Of a DNA stretch of 64,000 bases, positions 13,850 through 26,410 are shown piece by piece; the stretch's first letter is position 1; the number at the start of each line of letters is the position of its first letter. The position numbers were made by a program, and so were the translations under genes. The notes beneath the pieces were generated by a model that worked only from the letters and a program-made list of their open reading frames with translations, had not been told where the DNA came from and did no database searches. Source of the DNA: Glaucostegus cemiculus (Eukaryota). Location: assembly GCA_976551045.1 (NCBI GenBank), contig CDPCPM010000060.1, forward strand, positions 16,182,001-16,246,000. The letters run 5' to 3'.

Positions 13850-14894
13850 TAATGAGAGAAAGAGAATTGACTTCGGATTGGAGGGCTGTGACTAGTGGAG
13901 TCCCGCAGGGATCGGTTCTGGGGCCTCTACTCTTTGTTATATTCATAGATGATTTGGATGAAGGAGTGGAGGGATGGGTTGGTAAGTTTGCAGATGACAC
14001 CAAGATCGGTGGTGTGGTAGATAGTGTGGAGGACTGTAGAAGCTTACAGGGGAATATTGATAGGATGCAGAAATGGGCTGACAGGTGGCAGATGGAGTTT
14101 AATCCAGAGAAGTGTGAGGTGGTGCACTTTGGGAGGACAAACTCCAGGACAGAGTACAAGGTAAATGGTAAGGTTCTTGGCAGTGTAGAGGAGCAGAGGG
14201 ATCTGGGGGTTCATATCCACAGTTCACTCAAAGTTGCCTCGCAGGTGGATAGGGCTGTTAAGAAGGCTTATGGGATGTTGGCTTTTATAAATAAAGGGAT
14301 TGAGTTCAAGAGCAGAGAGGTGATGATGCTGCTTTACAAAACTCTAGTTAGGCCGCACTTGGAATATTGTGTTCAGTTTTGGTCGCCGCATTATAGGAAG
14401 GATGTGGAGGCGTTGGAGAGGGTGCAGAGGCGTTTTACCAGGATGATGCCTGGATTGGAGGGCATGGAATATAAAGAGAGGCTTAAGGTGCTAGGGCTCT
14501 ACTCATTAGAGAGGAGGAGGATGAGAGGGGACTTGATAGAGGTGTTTAAGATATTGAGAGGAATAGATAGAGTTAATAGTCAGCGCCTCTTTCCCAGAGC
14601 GCAGATGCTCAAGACGAGAGGGCATGCCTTTAAGATAATAGGTGGAAAGTATAGGGGAGATGTCAGAGGGAAGTTTTTCACCCAGAGAGTGGTTGGTGCA
14701 TGGAATGCACTGCCTGGGGTGGTAGTGGAGGCAGATACGTTGGACAGGTTTAAGAGATTGTTAGATAAGCACATGGAAAAATGTGGAATAGTAGGATATG
14801 AGGGTGGAAAGAGTTAGTTTGGGAGATGTTTGTAGGAGGGCACAGCTTGATGGGCCGAAGGGCCTGTTCTGTGCTGTATTGTTCTATTGTTCTC
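13850..14894 (+). mobile_element. Young 5'-truncated CR1 LINE with intact RT C-terminal frame (13852-14817)
   Basis: SGVPQGSVLGPLLF, KFADDTK, LVRPHLEYCVQFWSP, RRRMRGDLIE with no stops; tail ctgtgctgtattgttctattgttct. Confidence 0.93.
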
Positions 14895-15407
14895 AATTCA
14901 GGTTAACTGTTCAGTTTCAACCTCTGAAATCCATTGCCTTCAGATTATAACAAATCCTATTTTCTCAGAAAACATTGCAGGTAATAATTCTTCTGTTAAC
15001 ACTTAGAGCAACTCTGAACATACCTTTTGCCTCTTTATTGGCCTTTTACTTTGCATATCATTCCTTTTGTAGTTTAATAATTCCTGCCCCTGGCCATACC
15101 TTCACCCCTTTCTTTAAACCATTTTCCTATCTATTACTTAATGGGACTCTGCTTATTTATGTTATTACCTTTTCATGTTATCTAGTTTCCCTTATTGTTT
15201 GGATGGAAATGATTGCAAGCAGAGGCAATTATATTGAGATGCCCCATTTATTTAGCCCAGTTGGGAACCGAGAGTTTGAAGGCAAGAAGACCAGTAGAGA
15301 TGTGAATCTGTGTCAGATGAAGTAACTCTGCAAAACTGTATGTGATATAATCTTGGTTTTCTCCCGAGGAGAGTAACTAATATAAAGAATGAGCTTTGGG
15401 GATGACA

Positions 15408-16270
15408 ATTGGAATTGGTATTGGTTTATTATTGTCACTTGTACTCAGGTACAGTGAAAAACTTGTCTTGCATACTGTTCATACAGATCAATTCATTACA
15501 CTGTGCATTGAGGTAGTACAAGGTAAAACGATACAGAGTGTAAAGTGTGACAGCTAAAGGGAAAGTGCAGTGCAGGGAGACAATAAGGTGCAAGGTCATA
15601 ATGAAGTAGATTGTGAAGTCAAGAGTCCATCCTATTTTACTAGGGAACTGTTCAATAGTCTTATAACATTAGGGTATGTGCTTTCAGGCTTTTGTATCTT
15701 CTGCCTGATGGGAGAGGGGAGAAGAGAGAATGTTTTAATGGGTGGGGTTTTTGATTATGCCAGCTGCTTTACAAAGGCAGTGAGAAGTATAGACAGAATC
15801 CTTGGAGAGGAGGCTAGTTTCCATGATATGCTGAGCTGTGTCCACAACTCTGCAGTTTCTTGCAGGTACAGGCAGAGCAGTTGCCATACCAAGCTATGGT
15901 GCATTCAGATAGGATGCTTTCTATGATGCATCAATTAAAAATTAGTGAGTGCCAAAGTGGACATTTACAAATTTCTTTAACCTCCTAAGGTAGTTGAGGC
16001 ACAGGTGAGCTTTCTTGGCTATGCCATCTATATGGTTGGAACTGGAGAGGCTATTGGTGATGTTCACTCCTAGGAACTTGAAGCTCTCAACTCTCTTGAC
16101 CTCCGCACCATTGATGTAGTCAGGAGCATGTGCACCACCCCACTTCCTGAAGTCAATGACCAGCTCTTTTGTTTTGCTGACATTGAGGGAAAGGTTGTTG
16201 TCATGACACCATGTCACTAAGCTCTCTATCTCCTTCCTATACTCCAACTCATCATTGAGATATGGGCCAG
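15408..16270 (-). mobile_element. 5'-truncated Rex1/Babar-clade LINE
   Basis: DELEYRKEIESLVTWCHDNNLSLNVSKTKELVIDFRK...INGAEVKRVESFKFLGV...LRRLKKF; tail gtgacaataataaaccaataccaattccaa. Confidence 0.85.
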
Positions 16271-17199
16271 TATCAGAACTGATACAATCAACATGATAGT
16301 GTTCAATTAATAAACAAATAGGAGCTAACAATAACAGGAAGGAAGTACAGAGGGAAAGAATATAGAAAAATTGGAAACACAAACTAAAGAAAAGGGCCAT
16401 GCATTTATTTAATCAGAACAAAGTCACCCCATTGATGGAGGCCATTTAGCTCATATTTTAGTCATAATGTCACAAATCATCACATAGTGAATATACTAGG
16501 TTAATTGGTGTTAGTTGAGGGAATTTTTGACCAGGCTACTTTCCTCACTCTATTTCATGTATTACTTTCAAATATTTTATAGCTAAGCAGATCGATAGGA
16601 CTTGGCTTAATGCTACACCTGAAAGAGTTTGCCCATGCCTATAAAATACTTCCTTAGCAGAAGCCTGGATTATGTTTTTGCATACTGATATAGAACTAGA
16701 AACCATATCCTTATTGTTCAGAAGTAAGGGTGATACAACTTATCTATTTTTATGCAGAAGTGACAATTATATGATAACATTTAAAAAGAGAGAAAGTCAA
16801 ACATCTATTTTTAAAATACCAACATTTGGATAGATTTAAAGACCTGCTGTAAATATTGTGCATCAGGACAGCTTTAAGAAGTGCAAGGGAGAGTTTACCA
16901 CTTACATTATTCAACTTTTGCTTACTGCTTTAGAGTGCCCATATACAACTAGTGGCACACCTGCCAAAGAGAGTGGTCAGCTGGGTTTTGACCACCAGCT
17001 GCTGGCATCACCAAAAGACTGGAGCTATGAAAGTGAACCAATAGGAACATTCAAGTACACTCTAATATAATGTGCCTTTGGCTCCTTACGCTATTCCCAT
17101 GAAGTGTAATGTGAACTCAAGGCACAGCAACTCTCTATCCAATGAGCATTATAGTATTCCAACTCAGCACTGTATTCAACACATTCAGGTAACCAACCA

Positions 17200-17535
17200 T
17201 TCCATCCTTGCATCTCATCTTTCCAACATTGTTTTCTTTCCTCTTTTCTTTTGGTAACTTCAGCTTTCATTTTGCTGCCCCAATTTCCACCTCCCCAAAC
17301 ATACCTCATCTTATTCATTTTACCATTCTCTTTCAGCCAGCACCACCAGCCCTTGAGTCATCCAATATCCCCTGGTCTCCATCCTATCACAGACTTTCCT
17401 CTTTGTTCTCTCTGGCCCTCCCCACTTTATCAGCAACTTAGTACTTCTCACCTTCTGAGAAAAGGTCATCCGGCTGAAATGTGAACTCTGTTCACGGGTG
17501 CTGCCTGACCAACTGACTATTTCTTCCAGTTTTTT
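17200..17535 (+). mobile_element. Old Penelope-like 3' region ending in degenerate hammerhead motif
   Basis: Pyrimidine-rich tract, then CTGAGAA-AAGGTCATCCGGCT-GAAA-TGTGAAC and tgctgcctgacc tail. Confidence 0.5.
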
Positions 17536-17942
17536 TTTATAACCCAAGTATGTGTTTACTGCAAGAATCCTTTATCAAGTATCATAGCAATTAAATTTCT
17601 CCTTGAACATTTACATATATACAAAGGATTACATACACAAGATAAATGAGACAGAAAGACACCATTCAGCCCAACTCTGTTCATGCTCCTCTTGAGCCTC
17701 CTCACACCCTTGCACAGCTAAATATATTACAGTAACCTTTTATTCCCTTCTCCCTCATGTGCTTATCCTCAAAGTAAAACATGGTGCTTCATTTGCTTTG
17801 TTTATTGCAAGTTTGTTACTATCCTCTTTTTGATTCTTTCAGACCACTCCCTCTCCTTCCCCCAATTAGGTATCACATTTAGGAATTACAATGATTTTGA
17901 CTCCAGATTCTAAATCATTAGCATAAATCCTGGCACTGCTCC

Positions 17943-18351
17943 TGTCACAACATTGATTGAAGAGCAAGATCACAGAGAACCCAAATGCAGCACACTGGTA
18001 CAAGACTGGAGTCAGGATACTTCCTTAGGACCAGACACAGGCAACACTGGAAGGAAATCTTGCCTCAGAGATCTGAGTAATAATCCCAACACAAACTGAA
18101 TCTTCAAGCAGGACTAGAGAACACAGAACTGCTCTGGAGTAGACCACTCTAAGCAGCTAGGAACCAAACTGAATCTTCAAAGTTGACCAATCCTCTAGCA
18201 ACTAGTGCTAGAGAAACCCAGGTACTTATGCTAGGCCCCTGATGGGGCTCAGGTGTGTGTCATTATGCAATCAGTCCAGCATGGAATCCATGTGCTGTAC
18301 AATGAGGCATCTAACGAACCAAATCAAGGGCCAGTACTCAGAATCATGACA
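17943..18351 (-). mobile_element. Solo LTR (409 bp) with 5-bp TSD GCTCC
   Basis: Begins TGTCA, ends TGACA; flanked by gctcc on both sides; inverted homolog at 56554-56977; strand inferred. Confidence 0.9.
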
Positions 18352-19275
18352 GCTCCTTGTGGAACATCACTACCCATCTTCTTCCACTGTGGATAACTCA
18401 CCTTTACCCCCTACTCTTTGCTTTCTGAATTGAAGCCAGCTAGCAACCTATTCTGTAACTTGTCTCCTAACTGCATTCACTGATCATATTCATTAATCTG
18501 TTATGGGTGTAATTCATCAAAGTCTTTTTAAATCCTAGATAAATTACCTCTACTACATTACCATTATCCACTCTATCAGTTGCTCAAAAATATTGATAAA
18601 ATTGATCAAGCAAATTTTCTCTTTTGAAAACTACACATACTATTCATTATTATTCCTCATTTCTAGGTGTTCTTCTGCTGTCTTCTTTAGTATTAGTCAC
18701 TATATTTTTTCTTACCAGTCCCGGGGTATTTTCTATTCACTTTTTAAATGCAAATATTATGTTATCTCTCTATCATTCCTCTGGCACTACACCATGATTG
18801 AATGAATTACTAAATACATGTAGCAATACCCCTGATATCCCTTCCCTAGATTGTAGAATTAATAAGCTTTGCTGCTGGTATTCACCAAGAATTTAAATTA
18901 ATAAAGAAGATAAAGTGCATTGTAGTCAACATCAACAACTTTTATGCTACTTTTTTTTGTTCCTGTAAAGGATTGGGCAAATGCTTTCGTCTCTGTAAAA
19001 GTGCAGATGAAGAAATGGTACTTGTAGAAAGTTACTGTTGAGATATAGATGTCATGCACAAGACAAGGATCTATTGCCTATTCATTGTTGTCTTTCAGTA
19101 GGTGGTAGTAGGTCTGCTTTAAGCTGCTGGAATTCATGATATGAAGTTTTCCAGCACATCTATAAGTAGGGATTTCCAAGCTTTTGACCATGGGATAATG
19201 AACAGCAACTTCCCTTTGATCATTTAGTTCTTGAATCAACCGGCAAAACCCTCATCACCACTACAGCTTAGCTAT

Positions 19276-19500
19276 GACACTCTGATCACTTTGCATTAAA
19301 ATGGACTTTGTTTTTATTCTGGTTCCAATGGTGTTTTTTTCTTGTAAAAATTGTGTATGTGTTTAATTTATGTTTTTCTTGTGAATGCTGCTTATATGAT
19401 GCTATGTGTCTGTGATGCTGCTGCGAGTAAGTTGTCCATTGCACCTGTGCATACTGTACATGTACTTATGAATATGAAAATAAACTTAATTGACTTTGAC
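19276..19500 (+). mobile_element. Probable Rex1-like LINE 3' UTR (second family)
   Basis: gtgatgctgctgcgagtaagttgtccattgcacctgtgcat...aataaacttaattgactttgac tail. Confidence 0.45.
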
Positions 19501-19519
19501 AATGATATTTTACATAAGA

Positions 19520-20065
19520 AGTAGGAGCACAAGAAAGAGAAGCAGAAGGAGGTCAGCTGGTCCTTTATGCCTTCTCTGGCATTCAATAGGATCCTGGCTG
19601 ATCTTTTACCTCAGTGCCACTTTACTACACCAACCCTGCATTAATTTCTTTAATACATAAACAAATTTTTGATCTCTGCCTTGAACATATATAGCGACTG
19701 AGCCCTCACAGACCTTTTGGGTAGAGGACTGCAATGATTCACTGCCACCTGGGTGCAGAAGTTTCATCTCAGCTTGGTCCTGAGTAACAAACCCCTTATT
19801 TGGAGTTTGTGACTTCTGGCTTTAGGTGCTCAAGGCAGGGGTAACATTATCCCTGCATTTATCCTTGCCTTTTAAGAACTTGTATATTTCAATGAGATTA
19901 TCTCTCATTACTCCAAGCTATAGCGCATATAGGTTTTGACTTCTTAATTAGTCAATCCACCCATCCCAAGAATCAATTTGGTGAACCTTCATTGCACTCC
20001 CTTGATCACAAGTGTATACTTCCCTAATTGGGGATGACAGATCTGTATAGATATTCCAGATGCAG
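19520..20065 (-). mobile_element. Old CR1 LINE 3' fragment
   Basis: Reverse complement carries decayed RGDLIE and FTQ.V.N..L motifs and a cttctctttcttgtgctcctacttcttatg tail. Confidence 0.6.
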
Positions 20066-20606
20066 TGGGTTGAGTTTAGGTTTTAGTCAGTGGTGATTGT
20101 TCGGTTGGTTGTTGGGAGACTTGGTGATGGCAATACCATAGAATGTCACAATGTGGCTAGACTCTTTCTTGTTGTAGGTGGCTATTCCTCAGAGTTTGGA
20201 TGGTCCAGGTGCTACTTGCCACCTATTAGCCAAAGCTTGACTGTCATTATCTGAGGGCCTGAATACTGTGAAATGATCAGCAGCAACATTACATCTGACC
20301 TTATGATTGAAATACAGTAGTTGATGAAGCAGTTGAAGATAATAAGGGAACACATTGAATAACATCATGGAGGTGAGGCAATTGGCTTCCAAGAACCACG
20401 ACTCTAATGCTAATAAATAGGATTTCCCTCTGTCTTTAATATTACACAAGGCCCTTAGTCCCACACTCAGCTGATTGATACTCTGACAACACCATCAAGC
20501 TACCACTGGAATTCTGCACCTTTTTCCACGTGGTCCAAGGTCAGAACGACATCTGGGGTGAAGTGATCCTGACAGAACCACAAATTTAGCTTTGGTTAGT
20601 AGGTTC

Positions 20607-20830
20607 AAAAACAGAAACTGTTGGAAACATTCAGCAGGTCAGGCAGCATCTGTGGAAAGAGAAGCAGTTATAGTTTTGGGTCTGGGACCTTAATCAGAAC
20701 TGGCAAAGGGTCCCAGAGCCAAAGCATTAGCTGTTTCTCTGTCTGCAGATCCTGCCTGACCTGCTGAATGTTTCCAGCATTTTCTGTTTTTGTTTCAGAT
20801 TTCCAGCGTCTGCAGTTTATAAAAAAAAAA
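20607..20830. mobile_element. Foldback (head-to-head) hammerhead/Penelope mini-element with 15-bp TSD
   Basis: Arms 20607-20700 and 20700-20792 are inverted repeats, each with a decayed hammerhead core; flanked by tttggttagtaggtt (20591-20605) and tttggtaagtaggtt (20833-20847); A run before the right TSD. Confidence 0.8.
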
Positions 20831-21172
20831 TATTTGGTAAGTAGGTTGTTAGTGAGTAAATGTATCTTGAATACATTATACATCATATTACTGATGTTTG
20901 TGTGTAGGCTGACAAGGTGGTAAAGAGCAGCATTGAATTGTCCTGCTTTATCGGGAAATTTCTGCATTGCTGTATAGATTTCAGTTCTGCAGCTCCATTG
21001 GAGCATCTCAGCTAGGGGTGCCACAAAGTCCATAGCACAGATTCATGGGACTATGGCCAGGATATGGCTGAAAACAATATCCTTTACCATGTTCAGTGCA
21101 TGCAGTCATCTGAGTGTGAAGTGAATGAAAGTGGCTGAGGTTGCCATCGATGATGGTGGAGACTTCAGGAGA

Positions 21173-21346
21173 CATAAACAGAAAAAGGCAAAGTACACAG
21201 CAGATCAGGCAGCATCTGTGGAAAGAGAAACAGAGTTAATGTTTCAGCTCAAAGGCCCTTCATCTGAGTCACCCGCTGATTGATTCTGGCATTTTTTTTT
21301 CTTGTTTCAGATTTCCAACATCCAGAGGTTTTTTTTTGATTTTCAT
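21173..21346. mobile_element. Foldback hammerhead/Penelope mini-element with ~14-bp TSD
   Basis: Minus-strand CAGATGA-AGGGCCTTTGAGCT-GAAAC-ATT; right arm tail ttgtttcagatttccaacatc; flanks gagacttcaggaga (21159-21172) and gaaacttcaggaga (21347-21360). Confidence 0.75.
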
Positions 21347-24189
21347 GAAACTTCAGGAGATGTCGTATTCACACTCTTGAGTTTAAAGTATTAAATCTAG
21401 GTGCAAGAAAAGTTTCAATCATTGAAATAGTATTAATTTACATTTGGATAAATGTTAGCTTTATAAAACTCTGAAGTTGTTTGTGGTAGAATATATGGCT
21501 AATATTTTTTTGAGCATCCAGTTGCTTCGAGTGATATTTCCAATTTGTCTCTCCTCAAATAGATTGGAGGTGAAGAGTCTGTGCTGTCTTTGAAACACCA
21601 TTACAGAAGTTTCTTACCAGAATTAATTACTCAGTCTTCTCAGCACTGAAGATAGCATGCCATTTGTACTCCCACCATCTAACTCCGCAATGCCTTCATT
21701 GATCTAGTCAGTCTATTCTAATTAGCCCAAAGATGTAGCAAATGCTAGAATTTTAAGTTCTGTTTTAAATTCTTTCTTGAGGTGTGGGTGTTGAATACAA
21801 GGCAGATGTGTATTGCCCATGTCTAATCTAAATACTTTTCTAAAAGGTTAAGGGTGAACCTTCCTCTTGAACTCTTGCAACCAGTGAGGTAAAAAAGCTC
21901 TTGCTGTGCTGTTGGATAATAGTTTCTGGACTCCAAACCAGCAGCATTGAAGAAATTACAATCTAGCCTGGATCTTGCTGCTAAAATTCCAAATGGACCC
22001 ACTAGTATTTAAGTGCCAACAAATCCAGGACTCCAGTGCATATTTTATCAAACATGGATTTCACAAATTGGTGGTGCATGCTTTGATACATTTCACTGCA
22101 GTAACCCCTCCATGGAATCTTGCACTGGAGCTCAATCCCACAGAGAAACCCCAGGATTTATCTATGGAATCTGCTCTCAGATCCTATGCCAGGTTAGATC
22201 TGATGCAGAATCTGCAAATCTATTGATTTCAGGATGGATAATTTGGCTGAGATAAAGATAACTAAGGAGAAGATATTTTTTTGCTTAATATTCTTTTGCT
22301 TAATAGTTTGTATTTTGCTTTATTGCTTTTAATAATATAATTCTGTTTTAAGTCAGTTTATTTCACAATTTTAAAACTATTTATTTCATTTTTAAGATAG
22401 AACATAGAACATGTAAAAGGTTTAGGTGGGGCAGAATTTGTTAGGTGTGTACAGGAAAGATTCCTGACACAGTATGTAGACAGGCTGGCTCGAGGAGAGA
22501 CCATACCTGATCTGGTATTAGGCAATGAACTTGGTCAGGTGAAAGGTCTCTCTGTGGGTGAGCGTTTTGGGGATAATTACCACAACCCGCTGACCTTTAG
22601 CATAGCCATGGACAAAGATTGGAGCAGACATTATGGGGAAATATTTAATTGGAGGAGGGCAAATTACAATGGTATTAGGCAAGAAATTTGGAGCATAAAC
22701 TGAGAACAGATGTTCTCTGGTAAATGCACTGCAGAAATGTGGAGGTTGTTTAGGGACCACATGTGGGGTTCTGGATATGTTTGTCCCACTGAGACAAGGA
22801 AAGGATGGTTGGGTGAAGGAGCTATGGTTAACAAGAGAGGTGGAAGGTTTAGCCAAGAGGAAGCATATTTAAGGTTTAGGAAGCAAAATTAGATTGGGCT
22901 CTTGAGAGTTATAAGGTAGCCAGGAAGGAGCTTAAGAAGGGACTTAGGAGAGCTAGAAGGGGACATGAGAAGGCCTTGGCAAGTAGGGTAACGGAAAACC
23001 CCAAAGTGTTCTTCTACATGTATGTGAGGGATAAGTGGATGACTAGGGTGAGGGTAGGACCTCTCAGAGATAAGGGGGAAAATATGTGTCTGGAGGCAAA
23101 GGAGATATGGGAGGTCCTAAATGAATATATTTTGCTTCAGTGTTCACCAGGAAGAGGGACTTAGATGAAAGGGAGGTTGGCATAGAACAGGCAAATGTGT
23201 TGGAGCATGTCGAGGTTAAGAAAGAAGTAGTGTTGGAGCTACTAAAAAGCATTAGGATAGATAAGTCTCCTGAGTTGGATGGGATATACCCCAGGTTACT
23301 ATGGTAATCAAGCAAAGAGATTGCTGAAGCATTGACAATGACCTTTGAGTCCTCTCTGGCCACAGGAGTGCTACCAGAGAATTGGAGGATGGCAACCATT
23401 GTTCCATTGTTCAAGAAAGGTAAAAGGAATAATCCTGGGAATTATAGACCAGTGAGTCTTACATCAGTTGTGGACAAACTATTGGAGAAGATTCTTAAAG
23501 ACAGGATGTATGAGCATTTGGAGAAGCATAGTCTTTTTAGAGATAGTCAACATGGTTTTGTGAAGGGTAAGTTGTGCATTTCAAGTCTAATCAAGTTGTT
23601 TGAGGAAATGACAAGGCAAATTTATGAATGTAGTACAGTGGATGTGGCATGTATGGATTTTTGCAAGGCGTTTGACAAGATTCCCCATGGTAGGCTCATT
23701 CAGGAAGTAATGAGGTATGGGATCCATGGAAAGTTGGCTGTGTGGATTCAAAATTGGCTTGCCCACAGAAGGCAAAGATGGGATGTAGAAGGGGAATATT
23801 TGACCTCGAGGTCGGTGACTAATGGTGTTCCTCAGGGGTCTGTTCTGGGACACCTACTATTTGTGATTTTTTTAAAAATGGAAGTGGAAGGATGGGTTGG
23901 TAAGTTTGCAGATGGCACGAAGGTTGGTAGTGTAGCAGACAGTGAAGAAAGTTGTTGAAGGTTGCAATTGGATTTAGAGGGGATGCAGAGCTGGGCAGAG
24001 AAGTGGCAGATGGAGTTCAATCCAGAGAAGTGTAAAGTGATAGACTTTGGAAGTACAAACTTGAAGGCAGAGTACATGGTTAATGGCAGGATTCTCAGTG
24101 TGGAGGATCAGAGAGATCTTGGGGTTCAAGTGCATAGATCCCTCAAAGTTGCTGCACAAGTAGATAGGGCATAAGGAGTATGGTGTGCT

Positions 24190-24250
24190 AGAACATAGAA
24201 CATAGATACCTACAGCACAATTCAGGCCCTTCAGCCCACAAAGCTGTGCT
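24190..24250 (-). mobile_element. ~60-bp CR1-type tail inserted antisense in CR1
   Basis: agaacatagaacatagatacctacagcacaattcaggcccttcagcccacaaagctgtgct; tgtgct on both sides; near-identical to 40598-40652. Confidence 0.8.
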
Positions 24251-24783
24251 GGCCTTCATTAGCCAGGGGATTGAGTTCAAGAGCCAAGAGGTAATGTTGC
24301 AGCTCTATAAAACTCTGGATAGACCACATCTGGAATATTGCGTTTTCTGGTCACCACATAATAGGAAGGACACAAAAGCTTTGGAGAGGTTGCAGAGGAG
24401 TTTTACGAGGATGCTACCTGAATAGGAGAGCATGTCTTATGAGGAGAGGTTGAATCAGTCAGGGCTTTTCTCTTTGGAGTGACGTAGGATGAGAGGAGAC
24501 TTGATAGTAGTACATAAGATTATGAGAGGCAAAGACAGAGTAGACAGCTAGCATCTTTTCCCCAGGGTGGCAATGGCCAATACTAGACATCATCCGTTTA
24601 TGGTGCATAGAGGAAAGTTCAGGGGAGATGTCAGAGGTAGGTTTTTCACACAGAGCATGGTGGGTACCTGGAATGCACTGCCGCGGATGGTGGTAGGGTC
24701 TGATACAATAGGGTCATTTAAGAGACTCTTAGAAAGAAAAATAGTGGGTTATGGGAGGTGAAGTAGAGAGGGAAATAGAATGA

Positions 24784-25090
24784 AGATAAGATAAGATAAG
24801 ATATTTATTTATTTGTCACAGGTACATCAAAACACACAGTAAAATGCATCTTTTTGCAATACTGAGAATGTGCTGGGGGCAGCCTGCACGTGTGGCCATT
24901 CTTTTGGCGCCAACATAGCATGCCTACAGCTCCTAACCTGTACATCTTTGGAATGTGGGAAGAAACTGGAGCACCCAGAGGAAACCCACGCAGTCACGGG
25001 GAGAATGTGCAAACTCCTTACAGGCATTGTGGAATTGAACCCGGGTCGCTGGCGCTGTAATAGCATTATGCTAACTGCTACACTACTGTA
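24784..25090 (-). mobile_element. tRNA-derived V-domain SINE (HE1-like)
   Basis: A box tagtgtagcagttagc, B box ggttcaattcc, V-domain ttctccccgtgactgcgtgggtttcctctgggtgctccagtttc, (TCTTA)n end. Confidence 0.88.
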
Positions 25091-26129
25091 GGTCGGTACA
25101 ACATCATGGGCTGAAGGGCCCTTACTGTGCTGTACTGTTCTATGTTCTATGCTGATGTGCTTACCACCATTCCCTGAATAAACTGGGAATTCTGTCCACC
25201 AATGGAGGATTCATGTCTTTGGTGCCTGTAAAGTGCTTTGAGGCATCTTGAGCTCATGAAAGATGCCAATTAAGTGTAAGTGTCTCCTTCTTTAGGTCAG
25301 CACGGAGTGGGACTTGGTCCAGCAATTCCCATACTCCAACTCCGTTGCCCTTCTAGATACAGATCAAGATCAAAGCTTTGTTGTGGTTTGAAATAACCAG
25401 GGGTGGGGTGGGGTGGAGAGAGCAGATGGAGGTGAAGTCACTATCCATTAGATCTGAGTAGATATGCACTCTAACTGGCAAATACATCCGTGGCCCATTC
25501 AAGGATAGAAGATTGAAACCTGTTGATGGACACAGGTGGATTAAAATAAAACTATTAACATATTTCAAACTTGTAAGGGGTTCTTTTTAAGAGTACCTCT
25601 GTTCCAAAATCATTAAAGGCAATTGGTTTCAAGTTTTGCTTGTGGGAGTTACCATCCATATTTTAAACATAGGGTAACTCTTCCACCATCTGTGCCATTA
25701 AACAGCTGAAACTGATCTTCGCCAGAGAGGGAAACAGCTTTATTTACTACCTCCTCCATTAAGAATGATTCACAGGCAAAGGATGTCATGATTTTCAGAA
25801 ACTGTAAAACTAGAGAGAGATGACATCTTGGCTTAAAGCCTCAAAACTTCATGAAATTTTAAGATAAATGTATAGTCCATATGTATAAACAACTTCCAGT
25901 TTTTCAACATAGCTTCTCATAACATTTCTCACGAGAAGCTCATGAAGTCTGAGATCCATTTGCTTGACTACAAACAATGGGCTTCAACCTCCATGAGTTT
26001 CCCATGTGAAGCTCTGAAACAGAGAAGTTTGAATCAGAAACTGGGTGCAAAATTCCACGTGTTTGTACATACACGATTCTCCATGGTCACTGATATCAAA
26101 AGCTGTATAATTCTTTTGGTAACTGTTCA

Positions 26130-26410
26130 TTGGAAATTGGTTTATTATTGTCGTATATACTGAGATACAGTGAAAAACTCTTGCTTGCATGCATCCAGAC
26201 AGATCATTCCGTACATAAGTACATTGAGGTGGTACAAAAGGGGCCAAAAGCAGCATGCAAAATATAGCATTACAGTTACAGAGAAAATGCACTGCAGGTA
26301 GACAGAAAAAGTACAAGGTCCATGATGAGGTGGATTGAGAGATCAAGGGTTCCTCTTTATCATATAAAATGCCTGTTTAAGAGTCTTATAATAGCGAGAT
26401 AGAAGCTGTC
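26130..26410 (-). mobile_element. Rex1/Babar LINE 3' fragment
   Basis: Homologous to 15410-15670 (ggtttattattgtc...cagtgaaaaact...aaggtccatgatgaggtggattgagagatcaag). Confidence 0.75.

Larger units (their letters stand above)
22415..25151 (+). mobile_element. 5'-truncated CR1 LINE (EN C-terminus to 3' tail), decayed, with nested insertions
   Basis: WRMATIVPLFKKG..NPGNYRPVSLTS, SQHGFVKG, DFCKAFDKIPH, GVPQGSVLG; tail ctgtgctgtactgttctatgttctatg; interrupted at ~24190 and ~24784. Confidence 0.92.
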
